NCBI GenBank assembly: GCA_016872015.1
Contig: VHBK01000001.1
Coordinates: 38,235-102,234 of the forward strand
DNA: 64,000 bases
Reading direction: 5' to 3'
Source of the DNA: Nitrososphaerota archaeon
GTDB lineage: Archaea; Thermoproteota; Nitrososphaeria; Nitrososphaerales; Nitrosopumilaceae
The stretch's first letter is position 1, and each line of letters opens with the position of its first letter. Under the pieces are notes generated by a model. The model was not told the origin of the DNA, made no database searches, and saw only the letters and a program-made list of their open reading frames with translations. Positions 28,976 to 38,603 of this stretch are shown piece after piece. A program made the translations under genes and the position numbers.

Positions 28976-30130
28976 ATTTCAATAAAAAAATCCCAGTTTG
29001 CAAATAAAAATGCAAAACTGATCTTGTCTGATGGTACTATTCTTTCTGGCAGGGGCTTTGGTGCATCAAGGGCTGTTTTTGGAGAATTAGTATTCAACAC
29101 CGGAATGGTGGGTTATGTCGAAACCCTAACCGACCCGTCTTATTCTGGGCAAATCTTGACTCTGACCTATCCACTTGTGGGCAATTATGGCGTGCCTGAC
29201 CCTGCACAAGCCGATGAGTCTGGGATATCAAAATTCTTTGAATCTGGGCGTATTCAGGCTCGAGGATTGGTAGTACATGAATTATCAGAGATTGCAAGCC
29301 ACTGGAATTTGTCCATGACATTAGATGAGTGGATGCACAAGGAAGGTGTACCGGGAATTTCCGATATTGATACTAGGGAGCTGACAAAGAAACTTCGAAT
29401 CAGCGGAGTCACAATGGCTGCACTAGTAGTCTCTGATTCTGAAATCAATGCAGAACAAGTCAAAAAGGAATTGGCAGCTGCAAAGCCATATTCTGAAGAA
29501 AAATTCATGGATGCCGTTTCCACAAAACAAGCCCAGACATTTGGGCAAGAATCTGATTGTGTTGTTGTGGTGGATACTGGCGTCAAAAATGCCATACTGC
29601 GAAATGTCCGGGATCTGGGATACAAGGTAATCAAGGTTCCATGGAACACTAGCTATTCTGATATAATGAAATATGATCCAAAGGGAGTCGTACTAAGTAA
29701 TGGTCCTGGAGATCCGGAAGCATGTCCTGAGACAATAGAGACTGCCAAGAATCTAATCCAAAATGACATCCCAACACTTGGAATTTGTCTTGGCGCACAG
29801 ATAATTGGCCTAGCCGGTGGTGCCAGTACTTACAAGCTAAAGTACGGGCACCGGGGACAAAACAAGTCTTGTCTTAATCTGCAAAACAAGCAAGTCTATG
29901 TCACATCGCAAAACCATGGATACTGCATAGACCCTGACTCGCTAGGAAAAACGGAATTTGATTTATGGTTTACAAACACTGACGATAACACAGTCGAAGG
30001 CATTCGACACAAGCTCAAAAAAATAATTGCAGTGCAATTTCATCCAGAGGCATCGCCTGGCCCATATGACTGCAAATTTGTTTTCGAAGAGCTTGATTCT
30101 TTGATAAAAGGAGGGAAGCAAAATCAATAA
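28976..30130 (+). CDS. carA: Carbamoyl-phosphate synthase small subunit
   Basis: GELVFNTGMVGY, LSNGPGDP, GICLG, QNHG, VQFHPEA; start uncertain (first canonical TTG 29024 is inside the conserved AxLxLxDG motif). Confidence 0.96.
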   Translation: MSIKKSQFANKNAKLILSDGTILSGRGFGASRAVFGELVFNTGMVGYVETLTDPSYSGQILTLTYPLVGNYGVPDPAQADESGISKFFESGRIQARGLVVHELSEIASHWNLSMTLDEWMHKEGVPGISDIDTRELTKKLRISGVTMAALVVSDSEINAEQVKKELAAAKPYSEEKFMDAVSTKQAQTFGQESDCVVVVDTGVKNAILRNVRDLGYKVIKVPWNTSYSDIMKYDPKGVVLSNGPGDPEACPETIETAKNLIQNDIPTLGICLGAQIIGLAGGASTYKLKYGHRGQNKSCLNLQNKQVYVTSQNHGYCIDPDSLGKTEFDLWFTNTDDNTVEGIRHKLKKIIAVQFHPEASPGPYDCKFVFEELDSLIKGGKQNQ

Positions 30131-33100
30131 TGAGTCACTGAAAAAAATCCTAGTTTTAGGCAGTGGGGCAATTAAAATCGGAGAAGCAGGCGAAAGTCGC
30201 TAAAACGACCGCTAATTCGACTACTCCGGTAGCCAATGCCTCAAGGCCATACACGAAGACGGTCTGAAATCCGTACTGATCAATCCAAATATCGCAACGA
30301 TTCAGACTGATACTAGATTTGCAGACAAGGTGTACCTACTTCCTGTTACGCCAGAGTATGTTTCCTCTATAATAGAATCAGAGCGACCAGATGGAATAAT
30401 GCTTGGATATGGGGGACAGACTGCCCTTAACTGCGGTGTTAAACTAGCTGAGGCAAACGTTTTACAAAAATATGGAGTCAAAGTTTTGGGAACGCAAATC
30501 CCAGGAATTCAGAGAACCGAAGACCGACAATTATTCAAGGACTCGATGAATGAATGTGGAGTTCCGGTACTCAGATCAAAAACGGTAAACACATTTGAGG
30601 ATGCAAAAAAGGCAGCAGAAGAACTGGGATACCCGGTAATAATTCGAGTCGCCTATACTTTGGGCGGCCGTGGAGGCGGAGTTGCACACAATGAAATTGA
30701 ACTGCACGAAATTGTAGAGCGTGGCCTCAATGCAAGTTTGGTACACCAAGTACTAATTGAGGAATACATTGGCCACTGGAAGCAAATTGAATATGAGGTA
30801 ATGCAGGACTATGAGGGAAACAATGTCATTGTGTGTAACATGGAAAATGTTCTATCCATGCGAGTCCACACTGGTGATAACATTGTAGTTGCCCCCTCTC
30901 AAACAATAGACAATCGAGAATACCACATGTTGCGCTCTGCCGCACTACGTGGAACAAAATATGTCGGAATAATTGGCGAGTGCAACATCCAGTTTGCACT
31001 GGATGTAAAATCCGATAGATATGTTGCAATTGAAATCAATCCGAGATTATCACGATCATCTGCTTTGGCTAGCAAGGCAACCGGATATCCGCTTGCGTAC
31101 ATGTCTGCCAAAATCGGACTAGGACATACATTGCCTGAGCTGGTAAATAGAATCACAAAAACCACGACTGCGTGCTTTGAGCCGTCCCTGGACTATGCCG
31201 TAATCAAGCATCCTAGGTGGGACTTTACCAAATTTGAGCGTGCAAACCGCAAGCTTGGTCCTACAATGAAGTCAGTAGGCGAGGTAATGGCAGTCGGGCG
31301 CACATTTGAGGAATCACTGCAAAAATCAATTCGAATGCTAGACATTGGTAATGATGGCTTGGTGCTAAATAGAATCAATGTGGATGATGAGGAAATAGAA
31401 AACATTGAAAATCACCTGCTAAACGCAGACGACCGGGTTTTGTATTATGTGGCAGCTGCTCTCCGCAAAGGAATCTCTGTTGAAAAAATCCAAAAACTCT
31501 CGTTTATTGATCCGTGGTTTATTGAGAAAATCAAAAATATCGTCGATGTAGAATCTGACCTCAAGAAAAAACAACTGGACAAAGAAATAATGCGAAAGGC
31601 AAAACACCTGGGATTCTCTGACAAGCAAATTGCGCGGGCTACAAACAAAGACGACATGGAAATACGCAAAATACGCAAAGACATGGGAGTGTTGCCCGTA
31701 GTAAAGCAAATTGACACACTGGCAGCAGAGTGGCCTGCCAAGACTAACTATCTTTACATGACTTATGGGGGTTATGACAACGACATTACAGTAACACCTG
31801 ATCAAAAAGGCATCATAGTATTGGGCGCAGGCCCATATCGAATCGGCTCTTCAGTGGAATTTGACTGGGGAACAGTCAACATGGTCTGGGGCTTGCAGCA
31901 AAACGGCGAATCAAATGTTGTCGTGGTGAACTGTAATCCTGAAACAGTATCTACTGATTATGACATTTGCTCTCGATTATACTTTGAAGAGCTCACACTC
32001 GAGAGAATTCTCGATATAGTGGACATGGAAAATCCAAAAGGCGTAGTAACATCCGTGGGCGGACAAACCGCAAACAATCTGACACCAAAACTGGCAAAAT
32101 CTGGAATCAAGCTGTTTGGCACATCTGCAGAAGATGTGGACAGAGCCGAGGACCGCTCTAAATTCAGCGCAGTTCTGGACAAACTGCACATAAAGCAGCC
32201 TCAATGGCAGGCATTTTCCAACTTTTCAGAGGCAAAATCCTTTGCCACAAAGGTTGGCTATCCTGTCTTGGTTAGGCCCTCATACGTGTTGTCTGGTGCA
32301 GCAATGAAGGTTGTCTGGTCACAAGAGGAATTATCTAGATATGTTGGCGAGGCAACAACTCTTTCACCGGATCATCCAGTTGTAATAACAAAATTCATGC
32401 TAAATTCCCTGGAAGTAGATGTCGATGGGGTATCTGATGGAAAGAACGTTTTCATTGGCGCACTCGTGGAGCACATTGACGCGGCTGGCGTACACTCTGG
32501 TGATGCAATGATGGTCATTCCGCCATGGAGACTATCAAACAAGCAGGTCGAAACGATAACTGACTATGCGACACGAATTGCAAAGTCGTTTAACATTAGA
32601 GGACCGTTTAATCTGCAGTTTTTGATAAACAATGATCAGGTCTATGTAATAGAGCTGAACATCAGGGCGTCTCGCTCAATGCCGTTTGTATCAAAACTGA
32701 TCAAAACCAATCTTATCAACCTGGCAGCACAAGCAGTTCTTGGAAAAGAGATACCGAAAATCCAGCCCGACAAATGGAAGAAAACACCAATACATGGAAT
32801 CAAGATGCCCCAGTTTTCGTTTATGCAGCTGGATGGGGCAGACATTGTACTCGGTGTAGAGATGCAATCAACTGGCGAGGCTGCATGTTTTGGAGATAGT
32901 TTCTATGATGCACTATCAAAGGGCTTGATTTCCGTTGGATATAATCTGCCAAAGACTGGCACCGCGCTGATCACAATAGGCGGCTCGGAAAACAAGGAAA
33001 AACTGCTTCAAACAATGGCTACGCTTAAGCACCTTGGGTTCAAGTTGCTGGCAACAGAGCACACTGCAGAATTCCTAGAGGAAAAACAAATCGGCGATGT

Positions 33101-33383
33101 TCAAATAGTCCACAAGATCTCCGAACCGGAAAGAAAGCCAAACATCTCGGACTTGTTATATGAGAGAAAAATCAATTTCATCATCAATATTCCATCCACA
33201 TCAACTCTGGAAAAATACGTAGGAATGCTAAATGACGAATACCAAATTAGAAGAAAGGCAATCGAGCTTGGCATACCCGTGCTCACTACCACAGAGCTTG
33301 CGGAATCCTTTGTAAAGACACTAGAATGGATGAATCACAACGAAACGACCAAAAAAGCACTAGAGCCGTACGACCCCATCTAA
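30123..33383 (+). CDS. carB: Carbamoyl-phosphate synthase large subunit, interrupted; join(30123..30194,30216..33383), about 1079 aa
   Basis: LVLGSGAIKIGEAGE | FDYSG continuous after removing 21 nt; two ATP-grasp domains and an MGS domain; start codon non-canonical or uncertain. Confidence 0.95.
30195..30215 (+). other. Putative bulge-helix-bulge (BHB) mRNA intron in carB
   Basis: AGTCGCTAAAACGACCGCTAA; helix GGCG(30189-92)/CGCT(30210-13), bulges AAA and AAT, intron stem GTCG/CGAC; canonical cut sites give exactly the frame-restoring deletion. Confidence 0.88.
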
Positions 33384-33424
33384 AGTGAATGTTTACTAGT
33401 TACGGTGCAGCATAATACCCATAC

Positions 33425-33829
33425 TTGGATGATGCAATATCTATCTGCGATATTTTAAAAAACAACACCACCAAGGTAATCAAAAAACTGGAATCACAAA
33501 TTCCGCCAAACATCCAGGCAAGCTCAAATCTGTACACACAATATCTACATTTACTGGATGATTACTTTGGCACCTGCTATTTGTGGCAAAAGCAGTACTT
33601 TGATCGGCTTGGCATTGATAAAAACATGTTAGATGCAATAAACAACTATTGGAGTGTTGTAACTGAACTGTATTGCTCGCAAATAGAGGTAATGACGGGC
33701 ACTCAAAAATCAAGTGTTGACGTACAGGAAAAAATGATGCATCTGTGTGATCAGTACATTCATCAAGCACTAGATTACTATGGCAAGATCTTTGCAGATG
33801 CTCTGGCAAAAATGAATCAAAAACAGTAA
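33425..33829 (+). CDS. Helical hypothetical protein
   Basis: 134 aa amphipathic ORF. Confidence 0.75.
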   Translation: MDDAISICDILKNNTTKVIKKLESQIPPNIQASSNLYTQYLHLLDDYFGTCYLWQKQYFDRLGIDKNMLDAINNYWSVVTELYCSQIEVMTGTQKSSVDVQEKMMHLCDQYIHQALDYYGKIFADALAKMNQKQ

Positions 33830-33926
33830 TTGATGTTTGATCGAATCAGATCGCAAAATTATTGGAATTTTTTTGATCAAAATCGCAAAATGAACATGCT
33901 TAATAACATACAAAAATCTTAGCTGT

Positions 33927-33983
33927 ATGGCCGCAAAGAAAAAAGCAGCAGCAAAATCAAAAGCAAAGAAAAAATCAAAGTGA
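33927..33983 (+). CDS. 18-aa Lys/Ala-rich micropeptide
   Basis: MAAKKKAAAKSKAKKKSK; TTAATAA 33900-33906 about 21 nt upstream. Confidence 0.55.
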   Translation: MAAKKKAAAKSKAKKKSK

Positions 33984-34012
33984 CCTAAATAGGTCGATTT
34001 CTTTTTTTACAT

Positions 34013-34150
34013 CTAGAATCGTTTTCGTGAGGATTTTGATTTTTCATGCAATGGGCTACGCTTTTTACAATAACTAGGCCTGCTTGGCGAAGAATCAAAT
34101 TTTGCGTCAGAGAATTTTCCGCAATCTGAACATGTTTTTCCATATGGCAT
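34013..34150 (-). CDS. CxxC-x17-CxxC family protein, last Cys replaced by Arg
   Basis: MPYGKTCSDCGKFSDAKFDSSPSRPSYCKKRSPLHEKSKSSRKRF (hand translation). Confidence 0.65.
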   Translation of the reverse strand: MPYGKTCSDCGKFSDAKFDSSPSRPSYCKKRSPLHEKSKSSRKRF

Positions 34151-34215
34151 GATTGTATTATGACATTGTTGCATAAGAACGGTGGTTTTGCTAATGTGAT
34201 TACCAAGGGTTAATA

Positions 34216-34626
34216 GTGACTAGTAAACAAACATGCGTGCCAAAGAATCGTGAGGACCACAAATCTCTTGTAAAGCACCTCATTGATCATTTTACATCCC
34301 TTGGACTTGAGATACAATACGCAAACTATGATAAATATGAAAAACCGTTTGTGATAAACAGGCATCCGCCAGACATAATAGCGTTTGACCGCACAAAACA
34401 CCTTGGCTATATTGGTGAAGCCAAAGTCTGCACGGAACTCGAAGAGCAAAGAACAAAAGAACAACTAGCTGATTTTTCAAACAAATTGATGCGGTCTGGC
34501 GCATCAGAGCGCACACACTTGCCGCTTTTCATCGCAGTTCCGCATGACTGCAATTCTAAAATGATTCAAACACTAAAGACATTGCAACTGGACTCAAAAG
34601 AAAACATCCATGTTGTGGATTTTTAG
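34216..34626 (+). CDS. Small PD-(D/E)XK nuclease-fold protein
   Basis: HPPDIIA...YIGEAK...TKEQL. Confidence 0.6.
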   Translation: MTSKQTCVPKNREDHKSLVKHLIDHFTSLGLEIQYANYDKYEKPFVINRHPPDIIAFDRTKHLGYIGEAKVCTELEEQRTKEQLADFSNKLMRSGASERTHLPLFIAVPHDCNSKMIQTLKTLQLDSKENIHVVDF

Positions 34627-34650
34627 TTTTATTGTAAAATTTGAATTGCG

Positions 34651-35556
34651 ATGATAATTCGTAAACTAAACTCTGAAAATTGTATTAGGTGCAAAGGAAT
34701 GCTTGTAACTGATGGAGTCACAGGCGAGCGGTTCTGTCGTACATGTGGCTATGTCGTTGATGAGCAAATCGACGAGATAGGTCCTGAGCGCAATATGGTA
34801 AAAGATGACGGAGTGGACAAAACTCGCGTTGGCATCCCAACATCCCTTGCAATCCATGATATGGGCTTGTCTACGGTGATTGGTACTGTAAATAAGGATG
34901 CTACCGGTAAACCGCTTTCGAGTCAGGCAAAACACGAAATGAAGCGGCTACGAACATGGGATTCACGCAGTCAGATGAATGCACAAGCAGACAGAAATCT
35001 TCGTTATGCATTTGTCCAACTGGATAAGCTAAAAGACAAACTCACACTATCTAATGCTATAGTAGAAAAAGCTGCATACATCTACAGAAAGGCACTATCT
35101 AAAAGTCTGGTTCGTGGACGATCTATAGAAGGTGTACTTGCCGCATCCGTTTATGCTGCATGTCGTGATGTCGAGACTCCTAGGACTTTGGGTGATGTGT
35201 CGGCGGCAATTAACATCAAGCGCAAGGATCTGTCAAAAAACTATAGATTGTTAGTAAACGAGCTTGATCTGAAGATGCCAGTTGTCAATTCCGTTACGTG
35301 CATCTCAAAGATTGCAAACAAGGTTGGGCTTAATGAAAAAATAAAACGGCAAGCGTTAGAAATTCTGAGGGTTGCAAACGAGCAAAGACTCACTGCCGGA
35401 AAAGATCCGATGGGCATGGCCGCATCGGCTCTATACATCGCATGTGTTGCACAAAATGCTGATGTGTCTCAAAAGGATGTGGCGCTGGCAGCAGGCGTAA
35501 CAGAGGTTACCATCAGAAATAGGTACAAGGATCTTAAAAAATCACTAAAAATATAA
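34651..35556 (+). CDS. tfb: Transcription initiation factor IIB paralogue
   Basis: CIRC..GERFCRTCG, LAIHDMGLST, cyclin repeats, VTEVTIRNRYK. Confidence 0.95.
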   Translation: MIIRKLNSENCIRCKGMLVTDGVTGERFCRTCGYVVDEQIDEIGPERNMVKDDGVDKTRVGIPTSLAIHDMGLSTVIGTVNKDATGKPLSSQAKHEMKRLRTWDSRSQMNAQADRNLRYAFVQLDKLKDKLTLSNAIVEKAAYIYRKALSKSLVRGRSIEGVLAASVYAACRDVETPRTLGDVSAAINIKRKDLSKNYRLLVNELDLKMPVVNSVTCISKIANKVGLNEKIKRQALEILRVANEQRLTAGKDPMGMAASALYIACVAQNADVSQKDVALAAGVTEVTIRNRYKDLKKSLKI

Positions 35557-35585
35557 TAAAAAAGAAAAAAAGACTCAACTAAGTT

Positions 35586-35735
35586 TTAGTATCTTTTTTG
35601 AAATCTTGGTTTTTGGTGTTTTGGTAGACATTCTTTGCAATAAACTGGTCTGTCTGGTTTTGGTTCAAAAGGTACCTCTGATGCTTTACCGCAGTCTGAG
35701 CATGTGCATGGGTACATTTTTTTGTCATATGACAT
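35586..35735 (-). CDS. CxxC-x17-CxxC zinc-binding protein (49 aa), not in ORF track
   Basis: CSDCGKASEVPFEPKPDRPVYCKEC. Confidence 0.85.
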   Translation of the reverse strand: MSYDKKMYPCTCSDCGKASEVPFEPKPDRPVYCKECLPKHQKPRFQKRY

Positions 35736-35780
35736 GCCTTGGCTTTTATCAATCCAAATAAGAATGAATGGTATTGTTCA

Positions 35781-36527
35781 CTAGATTACTTGGGATAATG
35801 ATGACTCGTCTCCAATTATTGTGCCGTCAAGGGTTACGATTTTTGCAGACAGATCTCCTTTGATCTTTTCTATGATTGGTGAGATTGATTTTTTGTATGA
35901 TTTTTTCTTGGTTGCGTAAAAATACCGATTAAACGACGGCACAATGATTATTTCTAGTTCTCCTGACTCTGATGGAAAGATGTTTTCCTTTTGTGTCCTA
36001 ATTGAGACCCAGACGCGCTGGCCATTCAAAATGGAATCCTCATCAAAGAAAACCGGATGGACATGACCCATTATGATTTTTGATACGTGTGAAAAATTCT
36101 CAGTGGGCATTGTGTGGCCGTGTGTAAGCAGTGTGTCTTCTAGGATCATTCCAAGGGAGCTGATCAAAGTTATGCTTGGCGGCGTTAGATGGGAAATGTT
36201 TGCATCATGGTTTCCAGGTATGAGTATGGTTTCGGTTTTCGCTGCTAGTGCAGATAATAATTTTGGCACCTCATCCCACTCTGATTTTGAGATCCTGGAA
36301 ATTCCTGACTTTACATCGCCTAGCAAGATTAGTGAGTCTGGCTTTTCTGAATCTATCAGTGAGGTTATTTTTTGGATTGATTCGTTTAATGTGGTGTTTT
36401 TTCCAACAAAGATCTTGTTTTGCGCTAAATTTGCTTCAAAGCCAACATGCAAATCCGTTAGGACTAGGTGCTTTTTGTCTCCTTGTAGAATTAAGGCTGC
36501 CTCGCTGGATACTGGCTTTGTTTTCAT
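35781..36527 (-). CDS. Calcineurin-like metallophosphoesterase
   Basis: DLHVG, LGD, PGNHD, HGH, GHVHP; start reset to ATG 36527. Confidence 0.9.
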   Translation of the reverse strand: MKTKPVSSEAALILQGDKKHLVLTDLHVGFEANLAQNKIFVGKNTTLNESIQKITSLIDSEKPDSLILLGDVKSGISRISKSEWDEVPKLLSALAAKTETILIPGNHDANISHLTPPSITLISSLGMILEDTLLTHGHTMPTENFSHVSKIIMGHVHPVFFDEDSILNGQRVWVSIRTQKENIFPSESGELEIIIVPSFNRYFYATKKKSYKKSISPIIEKIKGDLSAKIVTLDGTIIGDESSLSQVI

Positions 36528-36560
36528 CAAAAAATAATACAATGTGTTTTGAATTAATTC

Positions 36561-36860
36561 TTGTTGGAACAAGAAAAAACATCAGTCATTGTATCGGAGA
36601 GGCGAGTCAAATGCCACATCTTTGAGCCAAGCAAGCGCCAAATCTGGACAGTAGTTGGCATGGGAAAAGAGCACTGGCTTGCACCAGAACATGATTATTG
36701 TTCTTGCGAGGGGTTTTACTTTGGCAAACTAAAGGGCAAAAAATCCTGCTATCATTTGGACTCGCTTAGAATAGCGCAAAAACAACACGAAATAGAATAT
36801 GTGGAATTTTCCGATGACGAATATGCTGACTTTCTAAAAGGCTTAATCTCTGAAATCTAA
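36561..36860 (+). CDS. SWIM zinc-finger protein
   Basis: YCSCEGF...CYHL. Confidence 0.8.
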   Translation: MLEQEKTSVIVSERRVKCHIFEPSKRQIWTVVGMGKEHWLAPEHDYCSCEGFYFGKLKGKKSCYHLDSLRIAQKQHEIEYVEFSDDEYADFLKGLISEI

Positions 36861-36861
36861 C

Positions 36862-37056
36862 TTACTCATTCCTAATGGAATCTCTGGAATGTCCGTGATT
36901 TACAAGCATCTGAATTAATGCCTCTTCGGAATAATCGATTCCATGTTCTGAATCAAAGTGCTTTCTGAGTTCTTTGATTAGTGATATGCTTTTTCTGCCC
37001 TCTAGGAAGTACTCACACTCAAACCCGTAATCTTTGCATAAAATCTTGACTGTCAT
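36862..37056 (-). CDS. DUF1059-like small metal-binding protein
   Basis: CKDYGFEC...HFDSEHG. Confidence 0.8.
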   Translation of the reverse strand: MTVKILCKDYGFECEYFLEGRKSISLIKELRKHFDSEHGIDYSEEALIQMLVNHGHSRDSIRNE

Positions 37057-37117
37057 TTGGCCTTACAAATTAACATTCGTTAATAATTCTTTTTCCAATA
37101 TTCAGAATCTGGAAAAA

Positions 37118-37411
37118 TTATAGTGGAATTGTGGTAATGTCTTCTTTAGAGACGCCCTTCCATAGGCCAATCATTCCCTGCGGCTCGACTGGCTCCACCT
37201 TGGTGATTTTTTGAATCTTGATGTGGTCTGGATTTGGAGGCATCCAAAGCATCGCCATGTACTCTCCAATTTGGCCTACCTTTGTTGGAACTGCTGGCGT
37301 TATCCTGTCTTTTGCAAATCCCTTTGACACTAGGGCATCAACTGATTTTTGCATCAGATCCATTCTTCCATGAACAAAAAGATAGACTGTTTTTGTGTTG
37401 TCTAGCGACAT
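37118..37411 (-). CDS. Conserved hypothetical protein
   Basis: 97 aa ORF with coding-like composition. Confidence 0.7.
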   Translation of the reverse strand: MSLDNTKTVYLFVHGRMDLMQKSVDALVSKGFAKDRITPAVPTKVGQIGEYMAMLWMPPNPDHIKIQKITKVEPVEPQGMIGLWKGVSKEDITTIPL

Positions 37412-37494
37412 TGTGGTGTCTCTGCGTGGTTGCTAAATCAACGTTTGGGAATGAAGAAAAAACGGTTAAATTGGTACATGTAGGCGCAAAAGTC

Positions 37495-37791
37495 GTGAAG
37501 ATTGTAACTATAGGCAGCAGAATCTTTGTTACAAGCTTTCAGCTTGCCGGAGTACAAGGTGTTGTAGTTGATACCCCACAAACTGCATTCTCGGAAGTAA
37601 AAAAACTAGCAAACGATCCTGATGTTGGCCTGGTTTTGATATCTGAAGACATGTCTACTCCAATTGCAACAGAGCTAACCAAGCTTCGCGCAACAAAATC
37701 AAAGCCACTCGTATTTGCGCTTCCTGCGTCTGGATCTGAGAAAAAGGAAGTCGACTATAGAAAAATGCTCAAGACTATCTTGGGCGTCTAG
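37495..37791 (+). CDS. atpF: A/V-type ATP synthase subunit F-like protein
   Basis: MKIVTIG....VTSFQLAGV...VGLVLISE...P.VFALP; start reset to GTG 37495. Confidence 0.8.
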   Translation: MKIVTIGSRIFVTSFQLAGVQGVVVDTPQTAFSEVKKLANDPDVGLVLISEDMSTPIATELTKLRATKSKPLVFALPASGSEKKEVDYRKMLKTILGV

Positions 37792-38492
37792 AATCTATCA
37801 TATTTTGCCAGGTTTTCATGTTTTGACAGCTTTGATAGTTTTGGCCCGCCAAGATATGTGGTAACATATGCAATTCCGCCAGCTATCATGCCTGTCGCAA
37901 AGACTAGGGCAAACACTGCTACTGGAAGCTTGACAATATCCATTAGGTATTGCGCTTGGTTTTGCTCGCCTTCTGCAAAGCTGACAAATCCAGTTCCAAC
38001 AAATCCTGCAACTATGAGAAGAATAGTAGTTGTTGCCCCTCCAACATTCATTCCGATTAGCTGAGTCCAGGCTAGCTTGGTTTTTGTTCCGCGCACTTGT
38101 TTTCCTAGATTTGATTCTAGGTGATTGTAGAAAATTGCGGTGATTGCTATTGCTACTACTAGTGTGATGTACATGAAATATCCAAAAAAGAACCATTTTG
38201 CAGGCCCATCAAGTGACAGTGACAAAAACTCTATCAGTGATACTTCGGAAAATATTGCTTGCATTAGGATCAATGAAACTGTTAATCCTGTTATGACTGC
38301 GCCTTGGATTATGGCAGATAATACGAATCTGTTGCCCCAGGGGCTAGGCTTTTTCTTGTCAGATACTTCCAAGAATCGCCTGCGTTCTGACTCTTTTTTC
38401 TCTATTTCTGCATAATCGTGGAATTTCTTTAGCAGCCTGGATTCTTCTTCCTCTGAAAAAAAGTCATCTACTGGACTATCCCATCTTGACAT
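37788..38492 (-). CDS. Four-TM hypothetical membrane protein
   Basis: Charged N-terminus then four hydrophobic segments. Confidence 0.75.
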   Translation of the reverse strand: MSRWDSPVDDFFSEEEESRLLKKFHDYAEIEKKESERRRFLEVSDKKKPSPWGNRFVLSAIIQGAVITGLTVSLILMQAIFSEVSLIEFLSLSLDGPAKWFFFGYFMYITLVVAIAITAIFYNHLESNLGKQVRGTKTKLAWTQLIGMNVGGATTTILLIVAGFVGTGFVSFAEGEQNQAQYLMDIVKLPVAVFALVFATGMIAGGIAYVTTYLGGPKLSKLSKHENLAKYDRF

Positions 38493-38603
38493 TGTATGGT
38501 ATCATTTGAATTTTATAATATCTGATATCATGTTCGAATCGAACGGATTGTTTGAAAAATTGTAACAATTTTTTCAAAATCCCGAATCATGTTTGGAAAT
38601 TAC

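Noticed and set aside
30130-30141. ATG overlapping the carA stop (TAATG) as the carB start
   Set aside because: Out of frame; stops after three codons, before the A7 run, so frameshifting into carB is not supported.
30330-33383. ORF-track call of carB starting at GTG 30330, or carB as a pseudogene
   Set aside because: Conserved N-terminal motifs lie upstream in the same frame, and the interruption is exactly a BHB-bounded 21-mer.
33985-34206. 73-aa ORF from the track
   Set aside because: Another frame (34013-34150) encodes a recognisable CxxC-x17 domain.
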